DNA from: Octopus sinensis
Lineage: Eukaryota
Length of the DNA: 64,000 nucleotides
Direction: 5' to 3'
Assembly (NCBI RefSeq): GCF_006345805.1
Contig: NC_042998.1
Span: forward strand, 197,656,001 to 197,720,000
The notes under the pieces are model-generated. The model had not been told where the DNA came from. It saw nothing but the letters and a program-made list of their open reading frames with translations, and searched no databases. Both the position numbers and the translations under genes were made by a program. This document shows, one piece after another, positions 38,288-52,892 of the stretch. How positions within the stretch are numbered: position 1 is the stretch's first letter; each line of letters starts with the position of its first letter.

Positions 38288-40440
38288 TATATATATATGT
38301 GTGTGTTTGTGTGTGTGTGTGTGTTTGTGTGTGTGTGAGTGTGTGTGTATGTATGTGTGTGTGTATGTGTGAGTGTGTATGTGTATGTGTGTGTGTGTAT
38401 GTGTGTGTGCTTACAAATTTAATTAGAAGTTGTTTTAATCTCATGATGGGATAGATTCCTCCAATGAAATACAAGTTCAATATCTAGTATTTGGGGGAAA
38501 TGAATTTTAAAAAATAATAGGTACCGTGTATCTTCGAGTATCATCCGCATTTTTTCCCCAAAATTTAAAGCTCAAAATCCCTAGTGCGTACTATATACGA
38601 GGTTAAAAATGAAAATTATTTTCTAAGCAATGTCCGAGTCTCTATTTGCTGTCCGGTGATGTTTATTCAGACGCATTTCGTAATATTTGGCACGAAAATA
38701 CCTTAAACCATTCATAACGTGCAGTTAGCAACATTTATGAAACGTCATTACTGTTATTTCTCTATTTTCAGCAAACAAAATGCACAAAAAAGTTACACGT
38801 TTGCATTACGTTATATATACAATAATAATAAAGGACGATACCATATATATTTTTACAAACCAAGGACGTCATATTGACCTCCTTGACTCAAGTTAGAGAA
38901 AGAGTGCGTATTATACACAAGGTTTAGGTTTTTCAGAGGTACAGCCCCCTAAAAATCTCCTGCGTATTATACTCAAGGGCTGACTCGAGGATTTACGGTA
39001 TATATAAAAACATAGTTTTTATCTATTTAAAAGAAGTGAAGGAAATGGAGGTTAGGATGTTGATAACTGTTTATTATTAATAGCAAATTGATCAGCTTCC
39101 CTTACAACCGTTTCTATTAATACTCAATGAACATTAAATTTACATTTATGTGACACGAGCACAATATCATCAGAGGTAAAAGATGTAAATTTGGATGTTA
39201 TGAACGTGCTAATGAATTTATTTTAGCAGACTGAATGTTACACACATACACACATATGTATCTCACCGTCCCACGCAGCAACCTTCCAAGCGTGCTGGCG
39301 TGCCTCAGATGTCATTAGGTAGGTTTCTCAGCGCCCCAAAATTTTCAGCCTAAGGTGGTGAATTGTTTTTCTTCTTTTCACTCTTATGTATATATTTAGA
39401 TATAAATATGTATGTTTATATATAGGGGAGATGGGTAAGTTGAATACACACACATATACACATATATGAGCATTTGTAAACGTGTGGGAGTGAATGTACA
39501 TACCTGTTTATGCATGTATGTGTATGTATACGTATATATGTCTATGCACAAATGTAATTTTAAGTGCGAATCTATGCATACGTACGGGTATATATGTGTA
39601 TCTATTTAATCAATATATATATATACATATATACATACATACTTATATATGTATATATATGTTTTATGCATGTATGTATGTATATATATATATATATATA
39701 TATTATACCTTTTTGATATGCTGGCCATTGATAAAATTTTTTTCCCGAAAAAAATTTTATCCTACATTAGTTATATATATATATATAATATAAAGTAAAC
39801 AAAATATGAAGAAATATTGATCGACGAGAATTGACTAACATCAATTATTACTTGCGACACAAGCAAAATGGTGTCATTTAAATCTATTAAGCCTTTCATC
39901 TTCTTCTCGAGGCTGTTCTTTTCTCTTTTTTTTTATTGTGTGTATTTTTCTTCCCTCTGAAGTTTAATGTTCTAGATCTAAGTATTACCAAATATGATGA
40001 ATATTACTTTTAGACTCTTCAGAGACAATACCATATAACATTGGAAGCGGAAACAGCTGTTAGATGGTATAGAGTCTATTTGTATTGAATTAAGAAGTAA
40101 TACTTGATGTTAGTCAATTGTTGTTTATCAATATTTCTCCATTTTCTGCTTACTTTAAATTTGATTCATGATAAACTCGTACTTATCTTTGTCATTACCT
40201 GCAACCTATGAGCGTAATATGCTTGCATAGGTTACCATAGCTTATTACACCGGGAGTATAACGGGTATTTTATCCCTTAGACGGTTATTCCAACCTCTAA
40301 CTCAACTAACATTTTATATATATATACATATATATATATATATAATAATATATATATATATATATATATATAATATACATATATATATATCTATAAATAT
40401 ATATATATTATATATATATATATAATATATATATATATAT

Positions 40441-40583
<143 letters not shown>

Positions 40584-41689
40584 ATATACGTACATGCTCA
40601 TATATGATTTTTTTTGAAATTTTATTCATACTTTATAAATGAATATTTCATTCTTTTATTACTAATAAATTTAGCTTATTTACATTTCACTTTTTTCTAT
40701 CATCTCTATTTACTCCATTTATGGTTCTAATTTTCTTTACCCATTCTGCTTTATCTCTAATCGACCTGTAAACCCCTCGTCCGGGCATATAACAATACAA
40801 ATCATAAATTGTAACATTCAGTCTGCTAAAATGAATTCATTAGCACATTTATAACATCCAAATTTATATCTTTTTACCTCTGATGATATTGTGCTCGTGT
40901 CACATAAATGTAAATTTAATGTTTATTGAGTATTAATAGAAACGGTTGTAAGGGAAGCTGATCAATTTGCTATTAATTATAACCAATTATTATCTTCCTA
41001 ACCTCCATTTCCTTCGCTTCTTTTAAATAGATAAAAAAAGTAGATAAAAAATGTTTATATATATACCGTGAATTCTCGAGTCCGCCATTGAGTATAATAC
41101 GTAAGGAAGTTTTAGGGGGCTGTACCTCTAAAAAACCTAAACCTTGTGTATAATACGCACCCCTTCTCTAACTTGAGTCAAGGAGGTCTATATAACGTCC
41201 TTGGTTTGTAAAAATGTATATTGTAACGTCCTTTATTATTATTGTATATGTAACGTAATGCAAACGTGTAGCTTTTTTGTGCATTTTGTTTACAGAAAAT
41301 AAAGAAATAACAGTAATAACGTTTAATAAATGTTGCTAACTGCAAGTTATGGATGGTTTAAGGTATTTTCGCGCCCAATATCACAAAATTCGTCTAAATA
41401 AGCATTGCCGGATAGCAAATAGAGACTCGGACGTTGCTTAGAAAATAATTTTCATTTTTAACCTCGTATATAGTACGCACTAGGGATTTTGACCTTAAAG
41501 TTTGGAAAAGAATGCGGATAATACTCGAGGATTTACGATACCTATTATTTTAAGGAAATTCATTTCTCCAAAATACTAGATATTGAACTGGTATTTCCTT
41601 GGAGGAATCTATCCCATCATGAGATTAAAACAATCTCTAATTAAGTTTATAAACACACACACAAACACACACACACACACACACACACA

Positions 41690-41729
<40 letters not shown>

Positions 41730-42121
41730 GTATATACATACACATATACACACACACATATGTATGCTGGCGTGCCTCAAAAGTCATTAGATAAGTTTCC
41801 CAGCGCCCTAAATTTTCGACCAAAGGTGGTGAATTGTTTTTCTTCCTTTCACTCTTATTTATATATTTAGATATATATATATGTATGTTTATATATAGGG
41901 GAGATGGGTAAGTTGCATACACACATATATACACATATATGAGCAAGTGCAAACGTGTGGGAGTGAATGTGCATACCTGTTTATGCATGTATGTGTATGT
42001 GTAAGTATATATGTCTATGCACGGATGTATGTTTAAGTGCGAATCTATGTATACTTACGGGTATATATGTGTATCTATTTAATCAATATATATATTATAT
42101 ATATAATAATAATATATATAA

Positions 42122-42153
<32 letters not shown>

Positions 42154-43079
42154 CTCATATATGTATATATATGTGAGTATGTATGTATGTATATATATAT
42201 ATATATACCTTTTTTGATATGCTGGCCATTGATAAAATGTTTTTCCCGAAAAAAATTTTATCCTACATTAGTTATATATATATATATATATATAATATAA
42301 AGTAAACAAAATGTGAAGAAATATTGATCAACAAGAATTGATTAACATCAAATATTACTTGCGATACAAGCAAAATGGTGTCATTTAAATGTATTAATCG
42401 TTTTATCTTCTTGAGGCTCTTCTTCTTTTTCTTTTCTATGTATGTATTTTTCTTCCCTCTGAAGTTCAACGTTCTAGATCTAAGTATTACCAAATATGAT
42501 GAATATTACTTTTAGACTCTTCAGAGACATTACCATATAACATTGGAAGCGGTAACAGCTGTTAGATGGTATAGAGTCTATTTGTATTGTATTAAGAAGT
42601 AATACTTGATGTTAGTCGATTGTTGTTTATCAATATTTCTCCATTTTCTGTTTACTTTAAATTTGATTCATGATAAACTCTTGCTTATCTTTGTCATTAC
42701 CTGTAACCTATTTAGCATAATATGCTTGCTTAGGTATCTCCAGGGTTAACACAGCTTATTACACCGGGTGTATAACGGGTATTTTTATCCCTTAGTCGGT
42801 ATTCCAGCCTCTAACTCAACTAACATTATATATATATATATATATATAAAGGAAATGAAGAAAATGCTGACAAAATAATTTAAGTAAGGGAGTGTGTATT
42901 TAATTAGGTGAAAGTTCTTTTTACCGGTTGCGCATTTGTTATGCTTATCAAAGATATTTTTAAAGAGAGATAGAGTTCCTTTCTGATTATATATCACAAC
43001 TCGTGTTCCACATCTCCTTTTTAAATATATATATATATATATATATATATAGATATATATATTATAATATATGGTGTGG

Positions 43080-43123
<44 letters not shown>

Positions 43124-44454
43124 GTACATGCTCAATATATATATATTCATTTATAAATGAATATTTCATTTTATTTACTAATAAATTTACATTTCACTTT
43201 CCTCTATCATCTCTACCTACTTTATTTATCGTTCTAACTTTATTTGCCCATAATAAATTCTAACATTCAGTCTGCTAAAATGAATTCATTAGCACATTTA
43301 TAACATCCAAATTTATATCTATCACCTCTGATGATATTGTGCTCTTGTCACATAAATGTAAATTTAATGTTTATTGAGAATTAATAGAAACGGCCGTAAG
43401 TGAAGATGATCAATTTGCTATTAATAATAAACAGTTATTAACTTCCTAACCTCCATTTCCTCCGCTTCTTTGAAATAGATAAAAACATTTTTTTTATATA
43501 TACCGTCAATCCTCAAGCCCGCCCTTCAGTATAATACGCAAGGAAGTTTTAGGGGGCTGTTCCTCTGAAAAACCTAAACCTTGTGTATAATACGCACGCC
43601 GTTTCTAACTTGAGTCAAGAAGGTCTATATAACGAACATTGGTTTGTAAAAATGTATACGGTAACGTCATTTATTATTATTGTATATATAACGTAATACA
43701 AACGTGTAGCTTTTTTGTGTATTTTGTAGAAAAGAAAGAAATAACAGTAATGACGTTTAATGAATGTTGCTAACTGCAAGTTATGGATGGTTTTAGGCAT
43801 TTTCGCGCCCAATATCACGAAATGAGTCCGAATAAACATTGCCGGACAGCAAATAGAGACTCAGACATTGCTTAGTAAATAAGTTTCATTTTTAACTTCG
43901 TATATAGTACGCATTGGGGATTTTGACCTTTAAATGTTGGGAAAAATGTGTGTGTGTATATGTGTATATGTATATATATATATATACCTATATACATATA
44001 TATTAAGTAAAGCATAGTTATTCGCCACGCACCCAAACTCTACGCATACACACACGAACACACACATACACACACACACTACAAACAAAACACACACGAT
44101 ACATATACATACACGCACACACACACATACTTCAAACTAGCAGTCCCTACTACTGACCTGGGGTAGAGTCAAAAAAGCCACTCCCACTCCTTCTTCCTTG
44201 ACCTTAAACAATACTAAGCCCTATAACACGTAAAGATTAACAGCCACAACTACACACACATACACACACACACACGCGTGTTATCATTACACGCATACAC
44301 ACGCGTGTTATCATTACACACATACACACATACACACACACGCACACGCAGACCTTCGCGCACGCACATATCCACACTTACACACACATACATCCTCTTG
44401 CACTCTCCTGCCTTTGAAAGAACTTTTCTTCACCCATTTCCTTCCGGTCATTGA

Positions 44455-44612
44455 AAACGTGACCGCGTGTGTACCGTTGGCGATTTTTTTCCTCTGTCTT
44501 CCCTTCTCTGGATCTTTCCTTCTCCTATATTTCCGACGAAGAGCTCCGCTTCTTCTTTCCTTCTTTCCTGAGCGTCCAATAATACTATATTTGTTCCACG
44601 TCCTCGCGTGGA
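44455..44612 (+). mobile_element. Family G short element (hammerhead 3' half deleted)
   Basis: Reverse-complement match to 21157-21372; ccgacgaagagctccgct present, GAAAC segment missing. Confidence 0.6.
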
Positions 44613-44693
<81 letters not shown>

Positions 44694-44707
44694 TATATAT
44701 ATATATA

Positions 44708-45867
44708 CTAGCATTAAAGATCCGTCGTTGCCGGGTCAGATGTGCTAGTGCATGTATATATGTGTATATATATGTGTACATATTACATGTACATCTATAT
44801 ATATACATCTACACATAAAATATATAATACAAAGTTATATCTTGATATCAAAATATATAACAGACTGGAATTGTTTGCCCATCTCTTGTAATTTTGATCA
44901 ATTGTATCTTGTCCTCCCTCTTGTATAGAAGTGTGGTTACAATCCAGCCTACTTCTACTTGTGGGGGGGGGAGGCATTTTAAATTTTTTTCCGGGACGTC
45001 CTACGTCCCAGATATAAAGGTAAAAACAAAATATTTCCACTTTGCAAGTTCGAGTCGAGTACTCCCTTGCACGCTCCGTTGACTCGAACCTTGCTTCTAT
45101 TGTGGCGAATTTACCTCCTCTGATTAGTCGCACCAAGACACTTTTCGAAGGTGTTCAAATCTTCTTTTTTCTCTACATTGTATACTTTATAGACAATAGT
45201 CTTTTTCTTTAATTTAATTTTTTATTATCCATCTGGACTATTCCATTTCTGCACGCTAATTTTATTTATAATTTATTTCCATTCATGTGAAACCACTTAT
45301 TCAAGTTCAAGTCATTGATGCAATTTTATACCAATTGCTATTTTTACTTTTTTTTTATGTTACAATTATATTATACTTTAGTTTGATTTTAATTATTACT
45401 TACTGTATATAATTCAATTGTTATTATTATTTTTATTGTTAAGGTGAAAGTATCTGACATAAAATAGAGAAATGTCTTTGTTTCACTTTAAACACGTAAT
45501 ATAATAAGAGATACGGAAATAGTGGAGAAAATATGATATTGCTATGGGCTCGCTCTAGGCAAGAAGTTGAACATTTTGTTTTGCCCTTGAAACTACATGG
45601 ACCCTAAGTAAGGCATGTGTAAAATTTGAATGAAATTGGTTGTGTAGTTCTCAAGTTTTAGGGAATCGTAGTGGAGAAGATATGATCTTGCTGTGGGCTC
45701 GCCCTAGGTAAAAAGTTAAAATTTCTTTTGCCGATGACACTCCCCGGACCATAAGTAAGGCATGTGTAAAATTTGAATGAAATTAGTTGTGTAGTTCTCA
45801 GGTTTTAGGGAAACACACAGACATACAGACAGGCAGACACACATTCTCAGTTTTATATATATAAAGA
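44708..45867 (-). mobile_element. Non-autonomous Helitron with internal ~150-bp tandem duplication
   Basis: Minus strand begins TCtttatatatataaaactgagaatgtgtgtctg and ends gacccggcaacgacggatc...CTAG|t; duplication ~45520-45665 / 45669-45810. Confidence 0.7.
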
Positions 45868-45872
45868 TATAT

Positions 45873-46277
45873 ACTCTTTTACTCTTTTACTTGTTTCACT
45901 CATTTGACTGCGGCCATACTGGAGCACCACCTTTAGTCGAGCAAATCGATCCCGGGACTTATTCTTCGTAAGCCCAGTACTTATTCTATCGGTCTCTTTT
46001 GCCGAACCGCTAAGTGACGGGGACGTAAACACACCAGCATCGGTTGTCAAGCAATGCTAGGGGGACAAATACAGGCACACAAACACACACTTACATATAT
46101 ATATGTACATATATACGACAGGCTTCTTTCAGTTTCCGTCTACCAAATCCACTCACAAGGCTTTGGTCAGCCCGGGGCTATAGCAGAAGACACTTGCCCA
46201 AGATGCCACGCAGTGGGACTGAACCCGGAACCATGTGGTTGGTTAGCAAGCTACGTACCACACAGCCACTCCTGCGC
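45873..46277 (-). mobile_element. SINE family D
   Basis: Full-length match to 6074-6472. Confidence 0.85.
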
Positions 46278-46327
46278 ATATATATATATATACATATGTA
46301 TATATATATATATATATATACTATATA

Positions 46328-46389
<62 letters not shown>

Positions 46390-46841
46390 TATATATATAT
46401 GTATATACATATGCATACACACACGCGCACACACACAGTTTTCATGCTCGTTTTCCCATACTTGCATGAGTTGAACGAATATATATATTGAATCAAATTT
46501 TTACAACGGTATGCGTTCCAGCTGCGAACGATTTCACGTTCTTTTTTGAAGTCAGATATCTCATATTTCCACTCGACTTCGATTGTACAAAACTAGCGAG
46601 TCGTTTATTTTCAGGGAAAATGGTAAAGTCACTGTTTGTAGCTCATCGTGTTTCAGGGAAGCATAAATGTTAACAAAAAAACCCCAGGGACGCGTATAAG
46701 GACACACATACAAAGACACACATTTACACATACTCTTCTGCTTGTTTCTTTTACGCATGCGTACTAAAACACATGAAAAACATTTATACGAACATAGTAA
46801 AATACACCATACTAAAGCACACGATAATGCCAGCACAATTT

Positions 46842-47628
46842 TGTGATGAACTTGTAGCGCTGATTCGAAGCCCAACCACTAGGTATACGCCTCGACATCA
46901 CGATCGAACCACAGCAGTTACACGTGATCAGTCTATTGAGCAACCAATCTGCGTCAAGCCATCACGTGATTCAATCTTCAAGAATCATGCTATATAAAGC
47001 TACTTTTGGCGGTGACAGAGTGTTTGAAGGCGGCTGAGCAGGATGTGCCTCCTCTCTAGTCAGATGGTCCACACTGAGTGTTGAGACCAGCCAACTCATT
47101 CGCAAATCTCACCTCTTGCCACTCAGAATGTTGAGACAGTTGCACTGTAGTGACGTCATTTTCCAGTGTGCGCACACGCAACGTCATTCTTCAGTGTGCG
47201 TGTGCGGGGCTGGAACATTCTGGAAAGGCCTAAGGAAGTTCCCTCATGCATATGCGCTAGAGACTGGGGAAGAAAATTCTATCGCGTTCCTTGTTAGCGT
47301 CGTTGACTTGAGACACGGCTATTGAAGAGAAAGGACGTGTTAAACGTGTGATCAGCCTATTCTCCTGTCCCAGACGCTTAGGATTTGACCTGTTCTGTTG
47401 CTGCTGAATTTGTTGTGAGGTTTATCTTACAAATGTTAAAATTCAGCCTTGCTATATCGAACCAAGTGGATACCAATATACTAACGTACTTCTTTGTAAA
47501 CAAGAAAATAAAGAGTTATATATATATTTTAAGGTTGCGTTCTTGTTCCTGACTGGTAGTTTCTGGAAATTAAAGAAAGGAAATTGGTTGCACCCAAACA
47601 GTGTAAAGAATTAACCAGTTCCATTACA
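46842..47628 (+). mobile_element. Candidate solo LTR with promoter motifs
   Basis: TGTGATGAACT...AGTTCCATTACA imperfect terminal inverted ends, CCAAT ~46944, TATATAAA ~46991, AATAAA ~47507; no TSD seen. Confidence 0.45.
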
Positions 47629-47874
47629 GCACGTTGATTCTTTATTCTCGTCAAATCCAGCCGGTTGAGATAAATGGCTGATAGTTGACATGAGTTTTCA
47701 TCATTACGAATATAGCGCAATTATTTACCAGTTGTGACGGGCCAGCTACATATTGCTATATCAGTAAGCTTGTCGTAAACGTTAAATAACATGTCTCTCC
47801 CGGTGTATTATTATTAATGTTTGTATTTGTAAAGGACCAACACAGTTTAAATTCTATGATATAATAATAATGAA

Positions 47875-48352
47875 ATTTTTGTATACAGTGCTCAGGTGCA
47901 CCACAACTTGTCAAAAGTGCGTATAAAGAATATGCAGTAATGTACAAATGTCTGGGAAGTGAACAGTGTATGAGTCAGATACATGCTTGCGTGTGTATGG
48001 AAGGGAGAAAATCAGGTGTAGGGTTGGCGAATCTCAGGAAGCACGGAAGTTTTGAAGGATGCAGTGCTCCGACAACTAACAACTGATGCCGGCAGTTTGT
48101 TCCATGCTTCAGCAACTCTTAGCGTGAAAAAATGTTTCCGAAAGTCATGGGAGCTGTGCTGTTTTCTGACTTTGTAAACATGTCCACGGGTGTTAGACAG
48201 GTGGAGTTTGAAAAGGTGCTCAGAGTTATTGTTAGTAAGATGGTTAATAATCTTATGGGTGTCTGCCAAGTCAGCTGCCAGACGTCGGAGTTTCATTGTA
48301 TCCATGCTCAGGGAAGTAAGGCGTTCAGAATATGGCAAATGCCTGATGGAGG
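47875..48352 (-). mobile_element. CR1-type LINE 3' end + 3'UTR
   Basis: PYSERL..L...RRLAADL..THKII...NTRGHVYK..RKHFFTLRVAEAWNKLP. Confidence 0.85.
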
Positions 48353-48526
48353 GTATTTTATTATTCTGTGGGCAATAATAAAATCATCTGTTTATTGTTC
48401 GTGGGTATATTTTCAATTATTTCTTCACGTAGCTCGAGAAGTACATTAGCAACTCATCTAGTAATCACTTCAGACCAGCCACCACCACCACCACCACCAC
48501 CAACAACAACAGCAGCAACAGCAAGT

Positions 48527-48888
48527 GGAGCCGCAATGGCCCATTGCTTAGGGCAGTGGACTCGCGGTCGGAGGATCGCGGTTTCGATTCCCAGACCGGG
48601 CGTTGTGTGTGTTTATTGAGCGAAAATACCTAAAGCTCCACGAGGCTCCGGCAGGGGGTAGTGGCGACCCCTGTTGTACTCTTTCGCTCCAACTTTCTCT
48701 CACTCTTTCTTCCTGTTTCTTGTTCCCGACTTCCTACGCAACCGCTGAGCCTGGACGCGCATTCATCCACCCGTCGATGCTCTCGGTGTCGGGGGTTCAC
48801 CTGCTTTCTCTTCTGCGGGTCTTACAAATAGCGAAGGCCCACGTTTCGGACTTCTCCCACTAATGGGACGAAGACCGCTTCGCTCAAC
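48527..48888 (+). mobile_element. SINE family C, tail type 1
   Basis: Match to 4829-5206. Confidence 0.8.
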
Positions 48889-49211
48889 AAACACACAAAC
48901 AAACAAGCAGCAACAGCAACAACAACAGTTATAGGAAGGGCAGATGAATAATGTACTAGGTAACTCTCTGAGATGAGAATTAACTTGCTATGGGCTACTC
49001 TGTGTCCTGGGGCCACTGAAGCAGGAAGCAGTAATTCCTTAACTATCAAACATCATTTCAATGACCCATAGAATGTTGTGCAATATTTTAAAGTCGTAAA
49101 GCAATGAATATGCAACTTCATCACCTGTATGCCAGGGAATGTTTGATACCTTAGTTAATTGCAAATCACATACAACTGTAAGGAAGTTGTAAGAAAAACA
49201 AAATTACTTAC

Positions 49212-49333
49212 TCCAATTATTTTGGCTTTCAATGTGACCGATTTTGCTGTACAGAATACCACTGTTATTAGGGCTTACTTTAGTCATACTCCGCATTACT
49301 CTACTGCACTCAGTTTCGTTGTCACTATTAGCA
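49212..49333 (-). CDS. Host gene exon D (122 nt, phase 2->1)
   Basis: Acceptor ttcttttttctag, donor gtaagt. Encodes ANSDNETECSRVMRSMTKVSPNNSGILYSKIGHIESQNNW; phases match exons C and E. Confidence 0.8.
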
Positions 49334-49352
49334 CTAGAAAAAAGAATTTGGT

Positions 49353-49406
<54 letters not shown>

Positions 49407-49410
49407 TATC

Positions 49411-49612
49411 TATAGTTAATCCAAACAAGAAAGCACAAAAAACACAACAACGTGAGGACGTGGAACAAATATAGTATTATTGGACTCTCAGGAAAGAAGG
49501 AGGGTTTAACGTTTCGAGCGGAGCTCTTCGTCGGAAACATAGGAGAAGGAAAGACCCAGAGAAGGGAAGACAGAGGGAAAAAAATCGCCAACGGTACACA
49601 CGAGGTCACATT
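49411..49612 (-). mobile_element. Family G short element with complete minimal hammerhead
   Basis: Reverse complement gttt-CCGACGA-a-gagc-tcc-gctc-GAAAC-GTT-aaac at ~49504-49538. Confidence 0.7.
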
Positions 49613-50039
49613 ATATATATATATATAGGAGAGGAAAAATTATAATAAGGTAGAATGCTAAATTGAAAGTAAATTTTAATAAGAATGGGTGTATGGAAAA
49701 TTAAAAAAGAAAAAATAATAAATCGAACCGGTTTTCATTGCAAAGCAAATTTTCAAGATTTGGAAGGGGAAAAGAAATTTTTTGAAATTGAGGAAGGGGA
49801 AAAAAGAAATTTACAATGTTTTTTTTTTAAAATAATAAATATATACAAAAATTAATAAATAAGTATTAATAAATTGTAGGGTCATTATGCTTTTAGAGTT
49901 CAATAATAGTCTTTGGAAAAATTTCTTGGGGGGATTAAGATCCATGTGATTATAAGTGGTGCTTAGTTTAAAGAGTTTGGTAAAAGAGTGTCAAAACGTT
50001 TGGAATTTTATGTATATAATATATATAATTATATATATA

Positions 50040-50554
50040 TAAGTTCATTAAAATTTAAATTCAGATGAATATGCTACTTAAGTTAAAGGCACCAGAATTT
50101 AGTATGGTATTATCCATATATTTCAAAATGGGGTGATTATAATCAAAATAAGCAACAAGGATATCCAGAGGTAATGCAGTACGATCGTTTCATGCGACTC
50201 CATTCAATTGAACAATGCAAACATTACATCAATTTAAAATGTAGAGCAATCTTCAGCTGCATAAAAATATAGAATTTAGTTAAATTCGAAGGATTCATTT
50301 GTATAGTTTTCTTTTTATCCAAACCCCAAAGAGTAACTCAGTTACTACTATGAGGTTGTTGATAAAACATGTTCTTTGTCTATCAACTTATCCTCTTTGG
50401 TATTTGGATAAAAAGAAAACTATACAAAGGAATCCTTCGAATTTAACTAAATTCTATATTTTTATTCAGCTGAAGATTGCTCTACATTTTAAATTGATGT
50501 AATGTTTGCATTGTTCAATTAAATGGAGTCGCATGAAACGATCGTACTGCATTA

Positions 50555-50555
<1 letters not shown>
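50040..50555. mobile_element. Penelope-type foldback: arms 50171-50333 / 50393-50555, each with a hammerhead
   Basis: tgcag-CTGAAGA-ttgc...gcat-GAAAC-gatc-GTA-ctgca; flanked by (TA)n. Confidence 0.8.
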
Positions 50556-50590
<35 letters not shown>

Positions 50591-51182
50591 AATATATATG
50601 GGCAACAGACACGAACACACATACACACAAGTACGTACGGACACCTATTGCATGTTTTGTGCACGCATACATGTTCATAAACAGAAATGAATGGAAAAAT
50701 GTTGTTAAATTTGTAGATTAACACTCGCACGATTTTCACTAAAGTATATATATACAATGATTATAAAATATAGTGTCTTTCAAAAACAAAAAAAAACAAA
50801 AAAAAACATTGTACATTTCATTTTTATGAACGTCATAACTTACTCTCTCTCTCTCTCTCCTTCTCTCACTTTGTCTTTCCCGTGAAACTCTCTGCCTCCT
50901 TCTTCCACTTTTCTTTATCTTGTTTTTTTTTTGTTAGATGCCATCAAAAAAGCCAAGGCTGATATTTTTCGTGGCTAAAAGCTATGTCTGAAAATAGATA
51001 TTTACGCTATCCACGGGCGCCTCGGGGAAAAATAAGTTGACAAAACCCAGATAGGATGTTGACAAATGTCCTCCTAAAATTGGAGCGACATGCGTGCTAA
51101 TTTGTGGACATGTATAAATTGCAATCACGTACACACACACACACACACGCACACACATCCTCCCTTTTATAGATATGATAAA

Positions 51183-51876
51183 TATTTAGGGGTGAAAAAG
51201 TATTCGTACTCAACATAAATAACTGATAATTCTGATTTAATACTTCGTAGCATAACCAATATTCAGTTCCACTTCAACCAATCTCTTCTTGTAGTTCTTA
51301 ATCAATGACTCGCATATTTCTTTAGGAATTTTTCCCATTCTTCTTGACAAATTTTCTTCAAATCTGCAATGCACGTTGGGGCTCTTGAATGAATTTTAAT
51401 TTTCAAATAATGCCACAAATTTTCAATGGGGTTCAATTCAGGTAACTGGCTTGGCCATTTTAATAATTTTATATTGTGATCGACAATCCATTTTTTGGTA
51501 GACTTCCCCGTGTGCTTAGGATCGTTATCGTGATGTAAATAAAACCCACATTTCACAAAGCCGGAGTTTTTCTACAGAGTCCCATAAATCATTGTTCAAA
51601 TCATTGGAACAAACGAGAAAGTTCTAGTAAAAAAAAACATTTTAACAGTATTTTGTGGCATAGAAAATCATAAATTTACGAATACTTTTTTCACCCCTAA
51701 ATATTTATAATTGTATATAAATTCCTTAGTTACTATAATTTATTAGTTTCTTTTGCATATTCTTAGTTTATGCATGTGTATGCAAATATAGTATTGGTAT
51801 ATCCCATTTATGTTCATTAGAAATTTATGTTCATTAGAATTTTGACATGTACGAATATTTATTTTCCGCCACTGTA
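51183..51876 (-). mobile_element. Internally deleted Tc1 (DD34E) element with IR/DR-type ends
   Basis: HDNDPKHT..WPSQLPELNPIENLW. Inner repeats tatttaggggtgaaaaagtattcgta (51183) / tacgaatacttttttcacccctaaata (51677); outer end tacgaatatttattttccgccactg|ta (~51874). Confidence 0.85.
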
Positions 51877-51879
51877 TAT

Positions 51880-52110
51880 ATCCCCTACCCAGTTCAGGAT
51901 CACAACACATAAATACACTGCAATATGATTTCTTTTCCTCAACAGGCTCTGCCCTATTTAACATTGTCCCGAAACAGATGAAAGAGGAAAAGGATTCCAT
52001 TACCTTTAAACGGAATCTGGACAAATTTCGTCGAGGAATACCAGATAAGCCACCTATACTTAGATACAACTCACTCAACGAGAACTCCCGACTCGAATGG
52101 ACCATGATAC
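51880..52110 (+). mobile_element. L2/CR1-like LINE 3' fragment
   Basis: FFSSTGSALFNIVPKQMK...TFKRNLDKF...IPDKP. Confidence 0.6.
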
Positions 52111-52194
52111 CACAAAACTTAACTTAAAAAGGGTTTAGAAAATCCTATCAGTGGTGCTATTAAGTTGGACATGGCCTGGACCAATCTTTGGTCG

Positions 52195-52238
<44 letters not shown>

Positions 52239-52892
52239 GTATGTATTTATGTATGTATGTGTGTATGTATTTATGTATGTATGTATGTATGTATATGTGT
52301 GTTCGTGCGTGCGTGCGTGCGTGCGTGTGTGTGTGTATCCCAGTTTGTATGATTGTGTATAGAAGAATATATTAATCAATGAAATTCCAACTTAGTCTGA
52401 TTTTCACGTCTTATTATTTGCAATTTTTATAATCTTGCAATTTTGCAATATTGAAATAAACTAGTACTTTCTTGTGTTATGCAATCGTCAGGTTTATATA
52501 GTGACAGTCGAGTTCCACAATTGACAACTGCAGTGAAATGGTTGGTTTAACCTTTAAATGCCCTCTGATGGTTTCCAGCAGGCTGAATCTTACGACTTAT
52601 ACTTTGATCAGTCAGCATGTGGCTTAGATGTCATGATTTGGTGGGCATATCAAGGGTTCTTTACTTCGACCGCACCTGAAGGAATAATTGTTTGGCCATA
52701 TTTTGGAATGTTGTAAACAACATTCTTGTTTTCATTGAATTCTATTGCTACTCCGGAAATTTTTTATATTTCAGTCGAATCAATGTTCATTTGGTCAATC
52801 CTACTAACATCTTCCTGTCTCTTTTATTATTGTTGTTGTTAGTGGTGGCAGTGGTAGCACTAGAAATAATAGTAATACTTATTATTATTGTG

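Noticed and set aside
52600-52676. Minus-strand acceptor ttattccttcag followed by CGRSKEPLICPPNHDI*
   Set aside because: Stops in all frames and no donor; exons C and D already join in frame. An alternative terminal exon cannot be excluded without RNA data.
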